Of a stretch of 64,000 nt of DNA, positions 8,853 through 19,825 are shown in pieces. The translations under genes were made by a program, and so were the position numbers. The DNA is taken from NCBI GenBank assembly GCA_965205025.1, contig CBDBFU010000009.1:160001-224000 (forward strand), given 5' to 3'. Source of the stretch: Candidatus Poribacteria bacterium (GTDB lineage: Bacteria; Poribacteria; WGA-4E; WGA-3G). The notes beneath the pieces are model-generated. The model saw only the letters and a program-made list of their open reading frames with translations. It did no database searches and was not told where the DNA came from. Each line of letters starts with the position of its first letter. The stretch's first letter is position 1.

Positions 8853-10406
8853 TTATTCTTCAATAGCGAGTCCAAGCATTAAAGCTCCCAGTTTTTGTTT
8901 TTCTGCATCTTGAAGTTCATTACTGTTATCATCAATGGTAGGTATCACTGTACCGACAAATTTCCCATTATACATGACAACGATTCTATCACTAAGAAGG
9001 ATAAGTTCGTCCAGTTCAGATGAGACAAGTATAACGCCTTTTGCCCGGTTTCGTGTTTGTATAAGTCTTGAATGGACGAATCTTGCAGCATGAATGTCTA
9101 ACCCACGTGTTGGATGAGCAGCAATAACCAACATTGGATCACCATATAATTCACGTGCCACTACGACTTTCTGTTGATTCCCTCCAGATAGTGTTTTAAT
9201 TAGATCAGAAATCTCTCCAATGCGAATCTGATATTTATGCAAAGCATTCCTTGAAAACTGGTTTATGTTCTTCATTTGGAGAATTTCATTACGAGAAAAT
9301 AATCGGTTGCGATGTTTTCCAATTATGAAATTCTCATCAATCCGGGAATTGAGACTTATCCCATGACGGTGTCTATCAGCGGGTAGATGTACAATCTTCT
9401 TCTGTCGTAATTCTGCTGTGGAACAATTAGTAATAGATTCCCCATTTAAGGTAATTGCACCAGAATTGACCGGTGTTAATCCAGATAGGATTTCAATAAG
9501 TTGTGTTTGACCATTCCCTTCAACCCCTGCTATTCCTACTATCTCCCCAGGAAAGACTTCTAAATTAATGTCAAAGAGAGAAGGTTGTTCAGAATTAGAT
9601 GTGACCGATACATTATCCAAGCGAAGAATGGGTTTATCATCTTTTAATTCCTTTCTTTCGAATGGGGTTTGAATGACCGGTTCACCAAGGATTAATTCTG
9701 CCAATTGGTTTACATTTGTTTCATCAGTAGTGTAAGAACCAACCATTTTTCCACGACGCATTACCGTAACAGAATCAGCGATAGACATTACTTCATCAAG
9801 TTTATGGGTAATAATGATTATACTATTTCCTTTACTCTTGAGTCCAAGCATACACTGAAACAAACCTTCTACCTCTTGTGGTGCGAGAACAGCAGTAGGT
9901 TCATCCATAATTAGAATTTCAGCACCATGGTATAGAACTTTTAAAATTTCAGTGTGTTGTTGTGCTCCAATAGGTAATGATTCAATTGGGGTGTGCAATG
10001 GTACATCGAAACTAAGCTGCTCCATTAGTTTAGCAATATCTGATTCAGTTTTTTCATAATCGATGAATGTACCATATTTCTGTTTTTCTTTTCCTAATAT
10101 GATGTTCTGGAGTGCGGTAAACACAGGTATAAGCGTGAAATGTTGTTGTATCATTCCCAGACCTAATCGCATTGCCAGCTTCGGAGAGGCTATAGACACT
10201 TTTTTATCATTAATAGTAATAGATCCTGAATCTGGTACATAAAGACCGTAGAGAATCTTCATCAATGTAGATTTACCAGCACCGTTTTCGCCGACGATAG
10301 CGTGTATTTCACCAGGAAGTAGTGTAAAATCTACATCTTGGTTGGCTTGAACTTGTCCAAACCGTTTATTGATACTACGCATTTTAACGATCGGTGATAA
10401 TGTCAT
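8853..10406 (-). CDS. ABC transporter ATP-binding protein, CUT2/nucleoside type (two NBDs)
   Basis: GENGAGKST, DEPTAVL, GVEGNGQ, LSGGNQQK, PTRGLD. Confidence 0.92.
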   Translation of the reverse strand: MTLSPIVKMRSINKRFGQVQANQDVDFTLLPGEIHAIVGENGAGKSTLMKILYGLYVPDSGSITINDKKVSIASPKLAMRLGLGMIQQHFTLIPVFTALQNIILGKEKQKYGTFIDYEKTESDIAKLMEQLSFDVPLHTPIESLPIGAQQHTEILKVLYHGAEILIMDEPTAVLAPQEVEGLFQCMLGLKSKGNSIIIITHKLDEVMSIADSVTVMRRGKMVGSYTTDETNVNQLAELILGEPVIQTPFERKELKDDKPILRLDNVSVTSNSEQPSLFDINLEVFPGEIVGIAGVEGNGQTQLIEILSGLTPVNSGAITLNGESITNCSTAELRQKKIVHLPADRHRHGISLNSRIDENFIIGKHRNRLFSRNEILQMKNINQFSRNALHKYQIRIGEISDLIKTLSGGNQQKVVVARELYGDPMLVIAAHPTRGLDIHAARFVHSRLIQTRNRAKGVILVSSELDELILLSDRIVVMYNGKFVGTVIPTIDDNSNELQDAEKQKLGALMLGLAIEE

Positions 10407-10489
10407 TGTCTTCTGTTCTATAGGATTAAGGTAGAATTATAGGATGACTAAAGAATTGATTTGGAATATTATTATAATACATTTTGCCC

Positions 10490-11663
10490 CTATACCTGCC
10501 GTGGGGAAAAACATCTGTTGTAGAGTTGTATAATCTCCTCTTGTGTAGCCTGTCTTGGATTGTTTGCTGGACTACCACTGGCAATTGCATCAGCTGCCAT
10601 TTGTTCGACTACTTCATCGAAATCAGTTTTGTCAATCCCGATATCTCCGAGTCTTGGCATTTGAATATCATTTACAAGTCGTTCCACTGCTGTGATAGCT
10701 GCATCAGCTTGTTTCATAGGCGATAATCCATCAATCTGTTCACCCATTGCTTTTGCAATATCAGCAAAACGTTTTGGTGCACCAGAAATGCTAAATTCCA
10801 TTACATCCAGAAGAAGGACAGCATTTGAGAGACCATGATGTATATGGAAATACGCCCCAATTGGTCGGGACATACCATGAACTAATGCAACTGATGAATT
10901 ACTGAATGCCATTCCAGCAATAGATGCCCCTAGCATCATATCTATCCGAGCATCAATATTTTCACCATCTGCCCATGCTTGTCGAAGTGATCCAGAAATC
11001 AATTCGATTGCATTCAGTGCTAATGTGTCGGTTAGAGGCTGCGCGCGTTTAGAGATATATGCTTCTATGGCGTGTGTTAGAGCATCAACACCGACAGCTG
11101 CTGTTAGATGGGGTGGTGTTGTTAGGGATAGTAATGGATCAACGATTGCCACAGATGCAAGTAGACTGGCACTACTCAGCATCATTTTCACATTCCGTTC
11201 AGTGTCAGTGATAACAGTGACTTTGGTGACTTCACTACCTGTGGCCGGCGGTTGTTGGAATGGCAATGAGCGGAGCACCAGGATTGGGAATTTTATCAAC
11301 ACCCATGTATTCTGAAAAATCACCATCATTGGAGAGTTTCATTGCAATGCCTTTACCGCAGTCAATGGCACTTCCTCCGCCGATACTGACAATCAAGTCT
11401 GCTTTTTCTGAATTGTATTGTTTTAATCCATTTTTCACATTATGTAGTGTTGGATCTGGAGTAACATCCGAGAAAATAGTGGTGGCTATATTGGTATTGT
11501 GAAGATTGTTGACTATCTGGTCAACATATCCGAGTTCAACAATTCCCGGGTCTGTTACGATAAGGACTTTTGATGCTCCAAGTCGTTTTGCTTGTTCACC
11601 GACTTCTTCAGATGATCCTGCACCTGTAATTACTGTTGGTGGGATAGAAAATGTGGTAGGCAA
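10490..11663 (-). CDS. Iron-containing alcohol dehydrogenase, frameshifted near 11244
   Basis: GGGSAIDCGK, PTTAG|TGSEVT, DALTHAIE, HGMS..HG; one extra C splits ORFs 11235-11663 and 10490-11329. Confidence 0.9.
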
Positions 11664-11794
11664 TTATCAGTTTCCTGGGGTTGAATTAGACAGTTTGCTC
11701 CCTTGTCATTTCAAGAATATTAGTTTGGATGGGTTGCAATATGAGTGATGTTAACGAATATAGTTGATGTGCATTAATCCAATAATTGACATAT

Positions 11795-12007
11795 TTAAAT
11801 CAATTTTGCGGATTCTATTATTAATGATTCAATCAGCAGTTCAACGGCATCCTGTAAGTTCTTAATGGCATCTTTTTGTGTATATCCCCAACTCGCTGCT
11901 CCTTGATGTTCAAGTACAGGTATATACGCTCGCCAGACAGCCTTATCTTCTGGTTCATCGGGCCATTTATCTTTTTCTAATACGACATTAAATGTATAAG
12001 TTTTCAT
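11795..12007 (-). CDS. HicB-family antitoxin-like protein (solo)
   Basis: Y-F-VVLE...AYIPVL..G..SWG-T-++A+-NL-+A pattern; GGAG RBS; no hicA adjacent. Confidence 0.7.
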   Translation of the reverse strand: MKTYTFNVVLEKDKWPDEPEDKAVWRAYIPVLEHQGAASWGYTQKDAIKNLQDAVELLIESLIIESAKLI

Positions 12008-12169
12008 CTTGTATCTCCAATTGATATAAGTATATCACAAGATAGTGAATGACACAATTGGCAGAAATGTATTCAATACTCTGGTAATTTAGATATCAAT
12101 TTAGTAAGTGATACTTGTATTTTATGATACAGCTGACACCTTGGAATCAACCCTTAGTTGAATGTTAAA

Positions 12170-13732
12170 TTAGTGTCTGAAATGTCTGATTCCTGTAAAT
12201 ACCATTGCCATACCGTATTTATCGGCAGTTTCAATTACAGATTCATCATTGACAGAACCACCCGGTTGGATAATTGACTTTATACCAGCATCTCCGGCAA
12301 TCTCTACACCATCAGGAAATGGGAAGAAAGCATCTGAAGCTAAAACAGCATTCTGTGCTTTTTCACCTGCCTTACGGACAGCAATTATCGCTGCATCTAC
12401 ACGACTCATCTGTCCCGCACCTATGCCAACAGTCCTTGTGCCTTGTGCAAGTAGAATACAGTTTGATTTCACATACTTGCATGCCTTCCATGCAAAGAGT
12501 AAAGTTTCAATCTCTTGTTCCGTAGGTTCACGTTTAGTGACAACCTTCAATTCACTCTTATCAATGTTGTGTACATCCTGTTCTTGAATAAGAACACCAC
12601 CATTGATATGACGCATTTGCATAATTGGTTCAGCATCTGACAACGAACCTGTTTCAAGGATACGGCGACTTTCAACACGGGATAATGCATTCAATGCTTT
12701 TACTGTATAACTTGGTGCTATGACTGCTTCAATTTTCACCCCAGACTTTGCAGCATCACGTATCGTGTTTGCTGTCTGGATTGTAACCTTACGATTTAAA
12801 CCAACAATTGAACCAAAGGCAGATGTCGTATCACAATCAAGTGCATTCATAAAAGCATCTTGAAGATTCTCTGCAGAAGCAAGTCCACATGGATTATTAT
12901 GTTTTATTATTGCACATGTTGGTGTATTGAAATCTTTGACGATTTCTAATGCTGCATCTAAATCAAGGATATTATTATAGGATAATGCCGGTCCGTTGAG
13001 TTGTTTAGCCCATGCTGCACAAGGTGAGGGTTTCGTCTCTGTTCTATAGAAAGCTGCATCCTGATGGGGATTTTCACCATATCTAAGAGAATCAGCTTTT
13101 TGATAGTGTAGCGTTATGAAATTCTCAAATTCCTCATAAGAATCTAAATTTGTCAAGTAATTTGAAATTGCATTATCATAGTGTGCAGTATGTGTGAATG
13201 CTGCTTTTGCCAATTCAAAACGTCTTTCACCAGAGATACATCCATCATTGTTATTCAATTCTGATATTATGTCAGCGTATTGATTTGGATCTGTCAAGAC
13301 AGCAACATGGTGATAATTCTTGGCTGCGGCACGAATCATCGTCGGTCCGCCAATATCAATATTTTCAATAGCTTCTTCAAGGGTAACATCAGGTTTGGTA
13401 ATTGTAGCTTCGAAAGGGTATAGGTTGCAAATCACCATGTCAATTGGTTTTATTCCATTAGTCTTAGCCTGGACTCCGTGTCCTGTATTATCCCATTGCG
13501 CGAGTAAGCCACCATGTATTTTGGGATGTAGAGTTTTTACCCTACCATCTAACATTTCCGGGAAACCTGTGTAATCAGAAACATCAATGATTTTAATTCC
13601 AGCATCCCGTAGATGTCTTGCTGTCCCTCCAGTTGATATGATTTCTACACCAAAATTAACCAGAGTATTTGCTAAATCTGATAGATCTGTTTTGTCGTAT
13701 GTGCTGATGAGTACGCGTTTTATTTTTTTCAT
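12170..13732 (-). CDS. purH: Bifunctional AICAR transformylase/IMP cyclohydrolase
   Basis: STGGT, GRVKTLHP, ENIDIGGP, RYGENPHQ, KHNNPCG, GQMSRVD, ASDAFFPF, RHFRH. Confidence 0.97.
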   Translation of the reverse strand: MKKIKRVLISTYDKTDLSDLANTLVNFGVEIISTGGTARHLRDAGIKIIDVSDYTGFPEMLDGRVKTLHPKIHGGLLAQWDNTGHGVQAKTNGIKPIDMVICNLYPFEATITKPDVTLEEAIENIDIGGPTMIRAAAKNYHHVAVLTDPNQYADIISELNNNDGCISGERRFELAKAAFTHTAHYDNAISNYLTNLDSYEEFENFITLHYQKADSLRYGENPHQDAAFYRTETKPSPCAAWAKQLNGPALSYNNILDLDAALEIVKDFNTPTCAIIKHNNPCGLASAENLQDAFMNALDCDTTSAFGSIVGLNRKVTIQTANTIRDAAKSGVKIEAVIAPSYTVKALNALSRVESRRILETGSLSDAEPIMQMRHINGGVLIQEQDVHNIDKSELKVVTKREPTEQEIETLLFAWKACKYVKSNCILLAQGTRTVGIGAGQMSRVDAAIIAVRKAGEKAQNAVLASDAFFPFPDGVEIAGDAGIKSIIQPGGSVNDESVIETADKYGMAMVFTGIRHFRH

Positions 13733-13794
13733 AATTCCGATATTCCAATGTCTTAAAGGAGATGATATTCAAGTATGTTGAACTATGAATATAG

Positions 13795-15069
13795 TTAGGT
13801 AATGTAACGGGGGAATCCGAAACCGTCGTTAGCAACGTGACTTCTTGCGGGGATCTGAGCACGAGTTGGAATAATTAGATCCATTTCAGATGTGTTTTCA
13901 ATGACGGTTCCGTCCCCAATGCGTACCTCGTTCCCTATCATAATTTGACCTGGATGGTCCGCTGCACCACGTATTGTACCTATTACGACGGATGATCCGA
14001 TACGACATTTTTGGTCAATTTCGACAAAACCGTAGATTTCAGTATTTGTACCAATCGTAGTGTAGTCTGCAATTTGCACAGGACCGAGGAGACTTGTATC
14101 TGTACCAATTTCAACAAAATCTCCAATGACAGGATGGCGCTGTTTAACTTTAACACTTAAACCGCCAAGTGTGCATGGATATATCACGCATCCAGAACCG
14201 ATAATACCTGTCTGTCCAGTGGTAACACCTCTATGTGGATGTTCTAATAAATTTGCATCACCGATTTCAGTTTCAGGATGTATATCTGCTTGGTAATACC
14301 GTCCTCCGAGTTCAGAGATTGCACGTGGTAGTAGAGGAACAGGAACTCGGTTTAAGTCTGAGTTATCTTCAGGTGAACCACTTCGCGTCAATGCATGTGC
14401 CACATCATGGTAGAATAGAACCCGCCAACCGGGATAAGTACTGACAACGAGCTGGAGTTGATATTCCAATACAGAAGCGAGATTTAAACTTGCCAGAAAA
14501 TCCTTGTATGGATCGAAGGATCGCTCCTTAATGGCATTATCAATTTGAAATCGAAAATCTATAGCAGCGATTTTTTCACGAGAAATACCATTATGTAACA
14601 GATAAGCGTCCCACACCGCTGGATCTTTCAGAGATGAGAAGCGATTCCAGAGTGCCCTGCTTTTTAATCGGGGAAGTTCCCACAGAAGTGAGAATACAGT
14701 TTCGAGTGCAGTTTCAAGATTTGTTTCATCGGTAACAGCGATAAATGACTGTGCCACCATAGCATATAACTGGTCTACAACTTCTTCAATCGCTTCTGAT
14801 AAGCCATGTTTCTGATTTTGTAGATGGGGGATGTTATGGGATCCGGGGGCTACACATTCTAAGAGATTACCGAGAATTGTTTCAAGAATATCTCTATTGA
14901 CAAAACCACGTCCGGAACGTTGTGATAACCCTTCACGGCTTATACTATCTATACGTAAAGCATTTAATTCAGATTTACTATAGATAGGTAGTATCCGTGA
15001 TATAGTTTTCTTTAATAAGGGTTTCTTTCGTTCTTCATAAGATGAATCAAAAAGTGTGGTTTCAGACAT
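13795..15069 (-). CDS. Serine O-acetyltransferase-like left-handed beta-helix protein with long N-terminal extension
   Basis: YH-VAHAL, LPR-ISE, DIHP-T-IG, EHPHRG, TLGG...RHP-IGD, hexapeptide repeats. Confidence 0.7.
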   Translation of the reverse strand: MSETTLFDSSYEERKKPLLKKTISRILPIYSKSELNALRIDSISREGLSQRSGRGFVNRDILETILGNLLECVAPGSHNIPHLQNQKHGLSEAIEEVVDQLYAMVAQSFIAVTDETNLETALETVFSLLWELPRLKSRALWNRFSSLKDPAVWDAYLLHNGISREKIAAIDFRFQIDNAIKERSFDPYKDFLASLNLASVLEYQLQLVVSTYPGWRVLFYHDVAHALTRSGSPEDNSDLNRVPVPLLPRAISELGGRYYQADIHPETEIGDANLLEHPHRGVTTGQTGIIGSGCVIYPCTLGGLSVKVKQRHPVIGDFVEIGTDTSLLGPVQIADYTTIGTNTEIYGFVEIDQKCRIGSSVVIGTIRGAADHPGQIMIGNEVRIGDGTVIENTSEMDLIIPTRAQIPARSHVANDGFGFPRYIT

Positions 15070-15138
15070 ATTGGTGGATCAGTAGAGATAATTCATATAT
15101 TTTCTCAACGGATCGTCTCCCTTGTATTATTGGTAATC

Positions 15139-16272
15139 TTACTCAGTGAAAACCTGTTGTGCAGCAGTGACGCCAGCACCATATGCGAAGTCATAGCCAA
15201 TTTGAGCTAAACCTCTTTCAAATGAAGAAATAGCAATAATTACATCGTTTTCATTCATCCAACCGAGATGAGCAATACGTACTATTTTACCACTTAATTC
15301 CCCTTGCCCACCAGCATAAGTAATTCCATATTCTTCACGCATCATTTTTAGAAAAGCCTTCCCATCAATTTCCTTCGGAAGTCGGATTGATGTTAATGTA
15401 TTTGCAGGAGATGATGCAAATAGGGGTAATCCAATTGCTTTGATAGCACACCGAGTTGCGAATGCCATTTGTTGATGACGCGCAATGGTGTTGTGGATAC
15501 CTTCTTCATATATTAAATTTAGAGCACATTGCAGAGCGGTTAGTAGTGTAATCGCAGGCGTATATGGTACTGATCCCTCTATACCACTCTTATATGCTTT
15601 ACGAAAATCAAAATAGTATTTCGGTAGATTGGAATGTTTTACTGCATCCCACGCACGATTATTGAGTGCTACAAATGCCAACCCCGGCGGTGTCATCAAA
15701 CCTTTTTGAGAGCAGGAAACAACAACATCCACTCCCCAATTATCCATCTGTAGGTCATCAGCACCTAACGCACTCACAGCATCAACAACAAGGAGAGTCG
15801 GAGTTGATTGAGTTATCTGTGCAAGTGTTTGTATATCGTGTAAAGCACCTGTAGAAGTTTCGCAGAGAGTTGAATATACCACCTTAATTTCAGGAGTAGC
15901 GTTAAGATATTCCTCAACTATTTCAGGATCAACAGAATTCCCCCATTCAACATCAATAGATATAACTTCGACCCCATAGGCGGTGCATATTTCACTCCAT
16001 CGTTCACCGAATTTTCCACTTCTGATGACTAATACCTTATCCCCACGGGATAGGAGATTGGACACTGCACCCTCCATTGCCCCAGTGCCTGAAGATGTGA
16101 GAAACAGTACATCGTTCTCTGTTTGAAATACGTGCTTTAGCTTCTCTAAGACATCCTTAATTAACGCTACAGCATCTTCACTACGATGGTAGTCAATTGG
16201 CTGCGCCATAGCCAACAATGCTTCAGAGGGAATTGGTGTTGGTCCAGGGGTAAACAGATAACTTTTCTTCAT
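15139..16272 (-). CDS. Class V PLP aminotransferase (alanine-glyoxylate/serine-pyruvate type)
   Basis: LFTPGPT, SGTGAME, ETSTG, VDAVS, SQKGLM-PPG. Confidence 0.92.
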   Translation of the reverse strand: MKKSYLFTPGPTPIPSEALLAMAQPIDYHRSEDAVALIKDVLEKLKHVFQTENDVLFLTSSGTGAMEGAVSNLLSRGDKVLVIRSGKFGERWSEICTAYGVEVISIDVEWGNSVDPEIVEEYLNATPEIKVVYSTLCETSTGALHDIQTLAQITQSTPTLLVVDAVSALGADDLQMDNWGVDVVVSCSQKGLMTPPGLAFVALNNRAWDAVKHSNLPKYYFDFRKAYKSGIEGSVPYTPAITLLTALQCALNLIYEEGIHNTIARHQQMAFATRCAIKAIGLPLFASSPANTLTSIRLPKEIDGKAFLKMMREEYGITYAGGQGELSGKIVRIAHLGWMNENDVIIAISSFERGLAQIGYDFAYGAGVTAAQQVFTE

Positions 16273-16279
16273 AATAACA

Positions 16280-16495
16280 CTATGCAGTTCCGGCTACACC
16301 AGGACTTTTACCTTCAACGTTCAGGATTACCCATTCTCGACTCAAGAGTTGTAGGACAGACACTATTGCGTCTCGTTGTCCTGCACTGTCCATTGGAACT
16401 TCTATAGTCAAAGTGGCGAATTCTTCTTTTTGAACATCACCATCGTTGCTAAACTTCATCGGTGTAATTTGTATCTTCTTCAATTTTGCGTCCAT
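16280..16495 (-). CDS. Small hypothetical protein
   Basis: Strong AGGAGG RBS; ends 7 bp before the aminotransferase start. Confidence 0.7.
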   Translation of the reverse strand: MDAKLKKIQITPMKFSNDGDVQKEEFATLTIEVPMDSAGQRDAIVSVLQLLSREWVILNVEGKSPGVAGTA

Positions 16496-16548
16496 TAGTT
16501 TATATCCTCCTAAAATATCACTTATAACTAAATCGAATAATCACTGTT

Positions 16549-17571
16549 TTAATGATCTTCCATGAAGATTTTCAAATCCATGCATTCTCCAGTTTTTCGT
16601 GCAGATTCCCATCCTGCTAATACGGGTGCTAACGAATGCAAGCCATCGTGGTAATCACTTTGTAATAGATCTGCATTCCCAGATCTGATTGCACGAATAA
16701 ATGTCTTATCCTGTTCTAACCACGGATTGAATTCCTCTGCTTGGTAGATAATCTCACCATTTACTTCAATCCTATCATACTGGTAGATTGTGAGGCAACC
16801 ACCCTCATAGTATACAGTAAACCATGGTTCATTCTTCGGGTTTGAACCTGCAGAAACAAAGTTCAGATTCATCGTTGCACCGTTCTCAAAACGGTAATTG
16901 AAAATGCAGGATAACGGTGTAGAATACGATGGACGTTCACAATAGAATGCCTGTGAATGAGAGATATTTAATCCCGTCATAAACCGACTATAATCCGTAG
17001 CATGTACACCCCAATCCAGAGCACGTCCCCCAGATTTTTCCATATCTGCCCACCAAGTCTTTGCTTCACTCCCTGCTACAGGAGGTAATCCACCAAAACT
17101 TTGAAATCGGACATGTATGATTTCTTTATCAGATAAGAAATCACGTGCTTTTTGAAAAATTGGTCGATATCGTTCCCTGAATCCTACAGTACTTATTACC
17201 CCAGCATTTCGTATCGCATTGTCTATCCTATTAGCGACCTTCATAGTCAATGCCTGGGGTTTTTCACTGAAGATGTGGATTCCCTTTTCTGCAGCGATTA
17301 CCTCAACATTCGTTCGGACATACGCTGGTACGATAGAGTATAAGACATCAAAATTCTCAGTGTTAAGCATTGTGTGTGCCCCACCATTATCTGGGTGGTA
17401 TACCTGAGGAATATTAAACAGCTCTGCAGTATCTATTAATGCCTCCTTATTACTATCACACGCTGCTATGATATTAACGTTATCAATCTGCAAAAGGTTC
17501 GGAATTCGTGTAGTTTTCGCAAAATTACCACATCCGTAAAAGGCAACGCGTATGCTGGAGTTTGATGACAC
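16549..17571 (-). CDS. Gfo/Idh/MocA family oxidoreductase
   Basis: FYGCGNFA, SEKP, SGG-ALDWGVH. Confidence 0.88.
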   Translation of the reverse strand: MSSNSSIRVAFYGCGNFAKTTRIPNLLQIDNVNIIAACDSNKEALIDTAELFNIPQVYHPDNGGAHTMLNTENFDVLYSIVPAYVRTNVEVIAAEKGIHIFSEKPQALTMKVANRIDNAIRNAGVISTVGFRERYRPIFQKARDFLSDKEIIHVRFQSFGGLPPVAGSEAKTWWADMEKSGGRALDWGVHATDYSRFMTGLNISHSQAFYCERPSYSTPLSCIFNYRFENGATMNLNFVSAGSNPKNEPWFTVYYEGGCLTIYQYDRIEVNGEIIYQAEEFNPWLEQDKTFIRAIRSGNADLLQSDYHDGLHSLAPVLAGWESARKTGECMDLKIFMEDH

Positions 17572-17645
17572 AGAAGGGTCCCCGATTTGGTAAGAAGTGT
17601 ATAAATTATTGGATTATCATTAAATTGTAACAACTTCAATTTGGT

Positions 17646-18542
17646 CTAATTAGTTTCACGCCAAGGTGGAATAGTCCATGTGTTGTACCAGTTCCATTTC
17701 CAGTTAATTTCTTTTTCAGGTATTTTTACTTCATACTCAATCCCTGCAGTGAATGGAAGTATCCGTGTTTTATTGCAAACGATTTCCCGAATTGACTCAA
17801 TAAAGGCATTTTCGTCTGTGACATTCGGTGGCCAATGTCCTTCTGGAATTGGGTCTGATTTTCTATCAGTTCGATAGTGCGTTGGAATGATGAATCGAGG
17901 TTGGATTAAATCTACCAACTCAACTAATCTATGTGATACACCATCACCGAGACCGAGTTTCATGTGAATAAGAAAGTCAACTTTCCCACGAAGATTCTGT
18001 AAAGCAGGATACGGTTCGTGTAGGTCTCCAGTATGAAGGACAGAAATGTTTTGCTGGATGTGGGAAATGAGATATCCGTTGGTTGGCAGATTGGGAGATT
18101 GGTTTTCTCCACTTTCTATCGTTTCAATTGTGATGTTATCAATTTCAAATGTCTCTGTCCCAGTAAATGACCGTGACGATCCTTGACTTGCATTAATATG
18201 TTTTGGGTATAAGATTTCTACCTTATCGGAAGGGATATGTTTTGTTATAGGTAGGTCGCGTTCAAATGCTGCATCCCCATATTTTTCATTAATGGGTTGT
18301 GCTGGAGTAATACACCCAGGATTTACAAAGAGCTTTTTAAAACGACTCCCTTTACATAACTTACGTAAAGTAGCTGGGTGGCAATGATCAAAATGTTCGT
18401 GAGAAATAAAGATGTAATCGTAGATAGGTTCAACTTTTGCTAAGTTCTGATTAAACAGATACGGATCAAAAGTGATGTTGATGTCGTTGAACCGTACATC
18501 AAATGCGCCGCAACCCCACCATCTTAGGTATATATTGTCCAT
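17646..18542 (-). CDS. MBL-fold metallo-hydrolase (UlaG/UPF0173-like)
   Basis: DPY, SHEHFDH, HTGD, IPTHY. Confidence 0.88.
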   Translation of the reverse strand: MDNIYLRWWGCGAFDVRFNDINITFDPYLFNQNLAKVEPIYDYIFISHEHFDHCHPATLRKLCKGSRFKKLFVNPGCITPAQPINEKYGDAAFERDLPITKHIPSDKVEILYPKHINASQGSSRSFTGTETFEIDNITIETIESGENQSPNLPTNGYLISHIQQNISVLHTGDLHEPYPALQNLRGKVDFLIHMKLGLGDGVSHRLVELVDLIQPRFIIPTHYRTDRKSDPIPEGHWPPNVTDENAFIESIREIVCNKTRILPFTAGIEYEVKIPEKEINWKWNWYNTWTIPPWRETN

Positions 18543-18619
18543 CTCTCATGCATCTTTTAGGTAGAAATCGCTTTCCAGAAATCTTATTTTTTACTATAAC
18601 ACCTAAGTTGCAACCTATA

Positions 18620-18890
18620 ATTAACGTGATTTTGATAAGACACATTGTAACCCGAACTTTTAGTTAACACCAGAGTGCACAAACTGGAAAGTTTGTGCTA
18701 CAAAGACTATCTTCAGGACAAAATTCTGTTTATCGAACTGACATTTTTTATTATCATACTGACGTTATAAATACTAACTACGCGAAGGTGTATAAGATGT
18801 ATAACTCTCGTTTACTACATACCGCTCCGCTGGAGCAGGAAAGAATATAGGCTTTTCTATAGACATATCGCTCCTCTGCAGCGAAGATAG
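18620..18890. repeat. Cluster of REP-like palindromes
   Basis: GCACAAACTGGAAAGTTTGTGCTAC (18677-18701, GTAG-type on minus strand); CTACATACCGCTCCGCTGGAGC and CTATAGACATATCGCTCCTCTGCAGCG. Confidence 0.7.
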
Positions 18891-19085
18891 TATTCAAACT
18901 TGGACGCTATACAAAAACCAATAGTATCCAAAATCTGTAAGAATATGTCTATGTATGTTAATTAACAATTTTACCATATAAGGAAACATACTGCAAATTA
19001 ACAGTTTGTGGTCTTAGCCAATTGTGCATCAAAATGAGAAATTGCAGTTGCTCCGTTCCCCATAACAGCATTCGTAAACATAAAC

Positions 19086-19598
19086 CTATAAATCATAATT
19101 CAGTCCGAGCCTGAATGTCTTGTTGGTATACATCCAGATGAGTCGCATTTTCGATGGAATGTTCATGACAAGTCCAGTCTCAATACGCCAATCGTGACTG
19201 TTTTTTCTATTGAAATACCATTGGTTCACATGAAAAACGCCAAAATAGGGTTCTATCCCCCAATGTGTTCGTGTGATCAGTTGGTAAGAGAGACCACCAC
19301 CCCAAGAGAACCCGAGACTGCCTGAATTGATAGTGCCGTCTACAGATGAATAATATGCGGCCTCGAAGCTGCCGTTTAAGCCACCACGCCAAAAATAGTC
19401 AAGGTTTTTTATTGTGGTTGGATGGATACGCGTGTATCGCAACTCGCTTTTAGCTGCGGGGAACATTTGAAATTGATGTGAGTATTGATTACGATAAAAC
19501 CGAATGCTGTCAAGGTAAAGACTCGTCTCGGCTAATGTAGACATCGGCAGAAGCATACAGATACTGATAAAGAAAATTATACCTATATGGAATTTCAT
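19086..19598 (-). CDS. Secreted hypothetical protein, possible small outer-membrane beta-barrel
   Basis: AGGAG RBS; signal peptide; alternating amphipathic strands (WGGGLSYQL, IEPYFGV, FRLGLNYDL). Confidence 0.65.
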   Translation of the reverse strand: MKFHIGIIFFISICMLLPMSTLAETSLYLDSIRFYRNQYSHQFQMFPAAKSELRYTRIHPTTIKNLDYFWRGGLNGSFEAAYYSSVDGTINSGSLGFSWGGGLSYQLITRTHWGIEPYFGVFHVNQWYFNRKNSHDWRIETGLVMNIPSKMRLIWMYTNKTFRLGLNYDL

Positions 19599-19825
19599 AA
19601 GTTTCTCCTTATTGTATTAGTTTGGGTTTACAAAAAATGAACGATTTAGAATTATACAATTCTATTTTATTATGATAAATATCTAAAATCTATTTCTTGT
19701 TTCAGTGATATATGTATGTTAGTTGTTAGAAATGAACTTTTTCTTCATTTTATTTTGATTTTTTTTAGAAAAAGGTGGGTGAATTTAGATTTGGATAAGG
19801 TCTACACTGATATCTACAAATGTGA

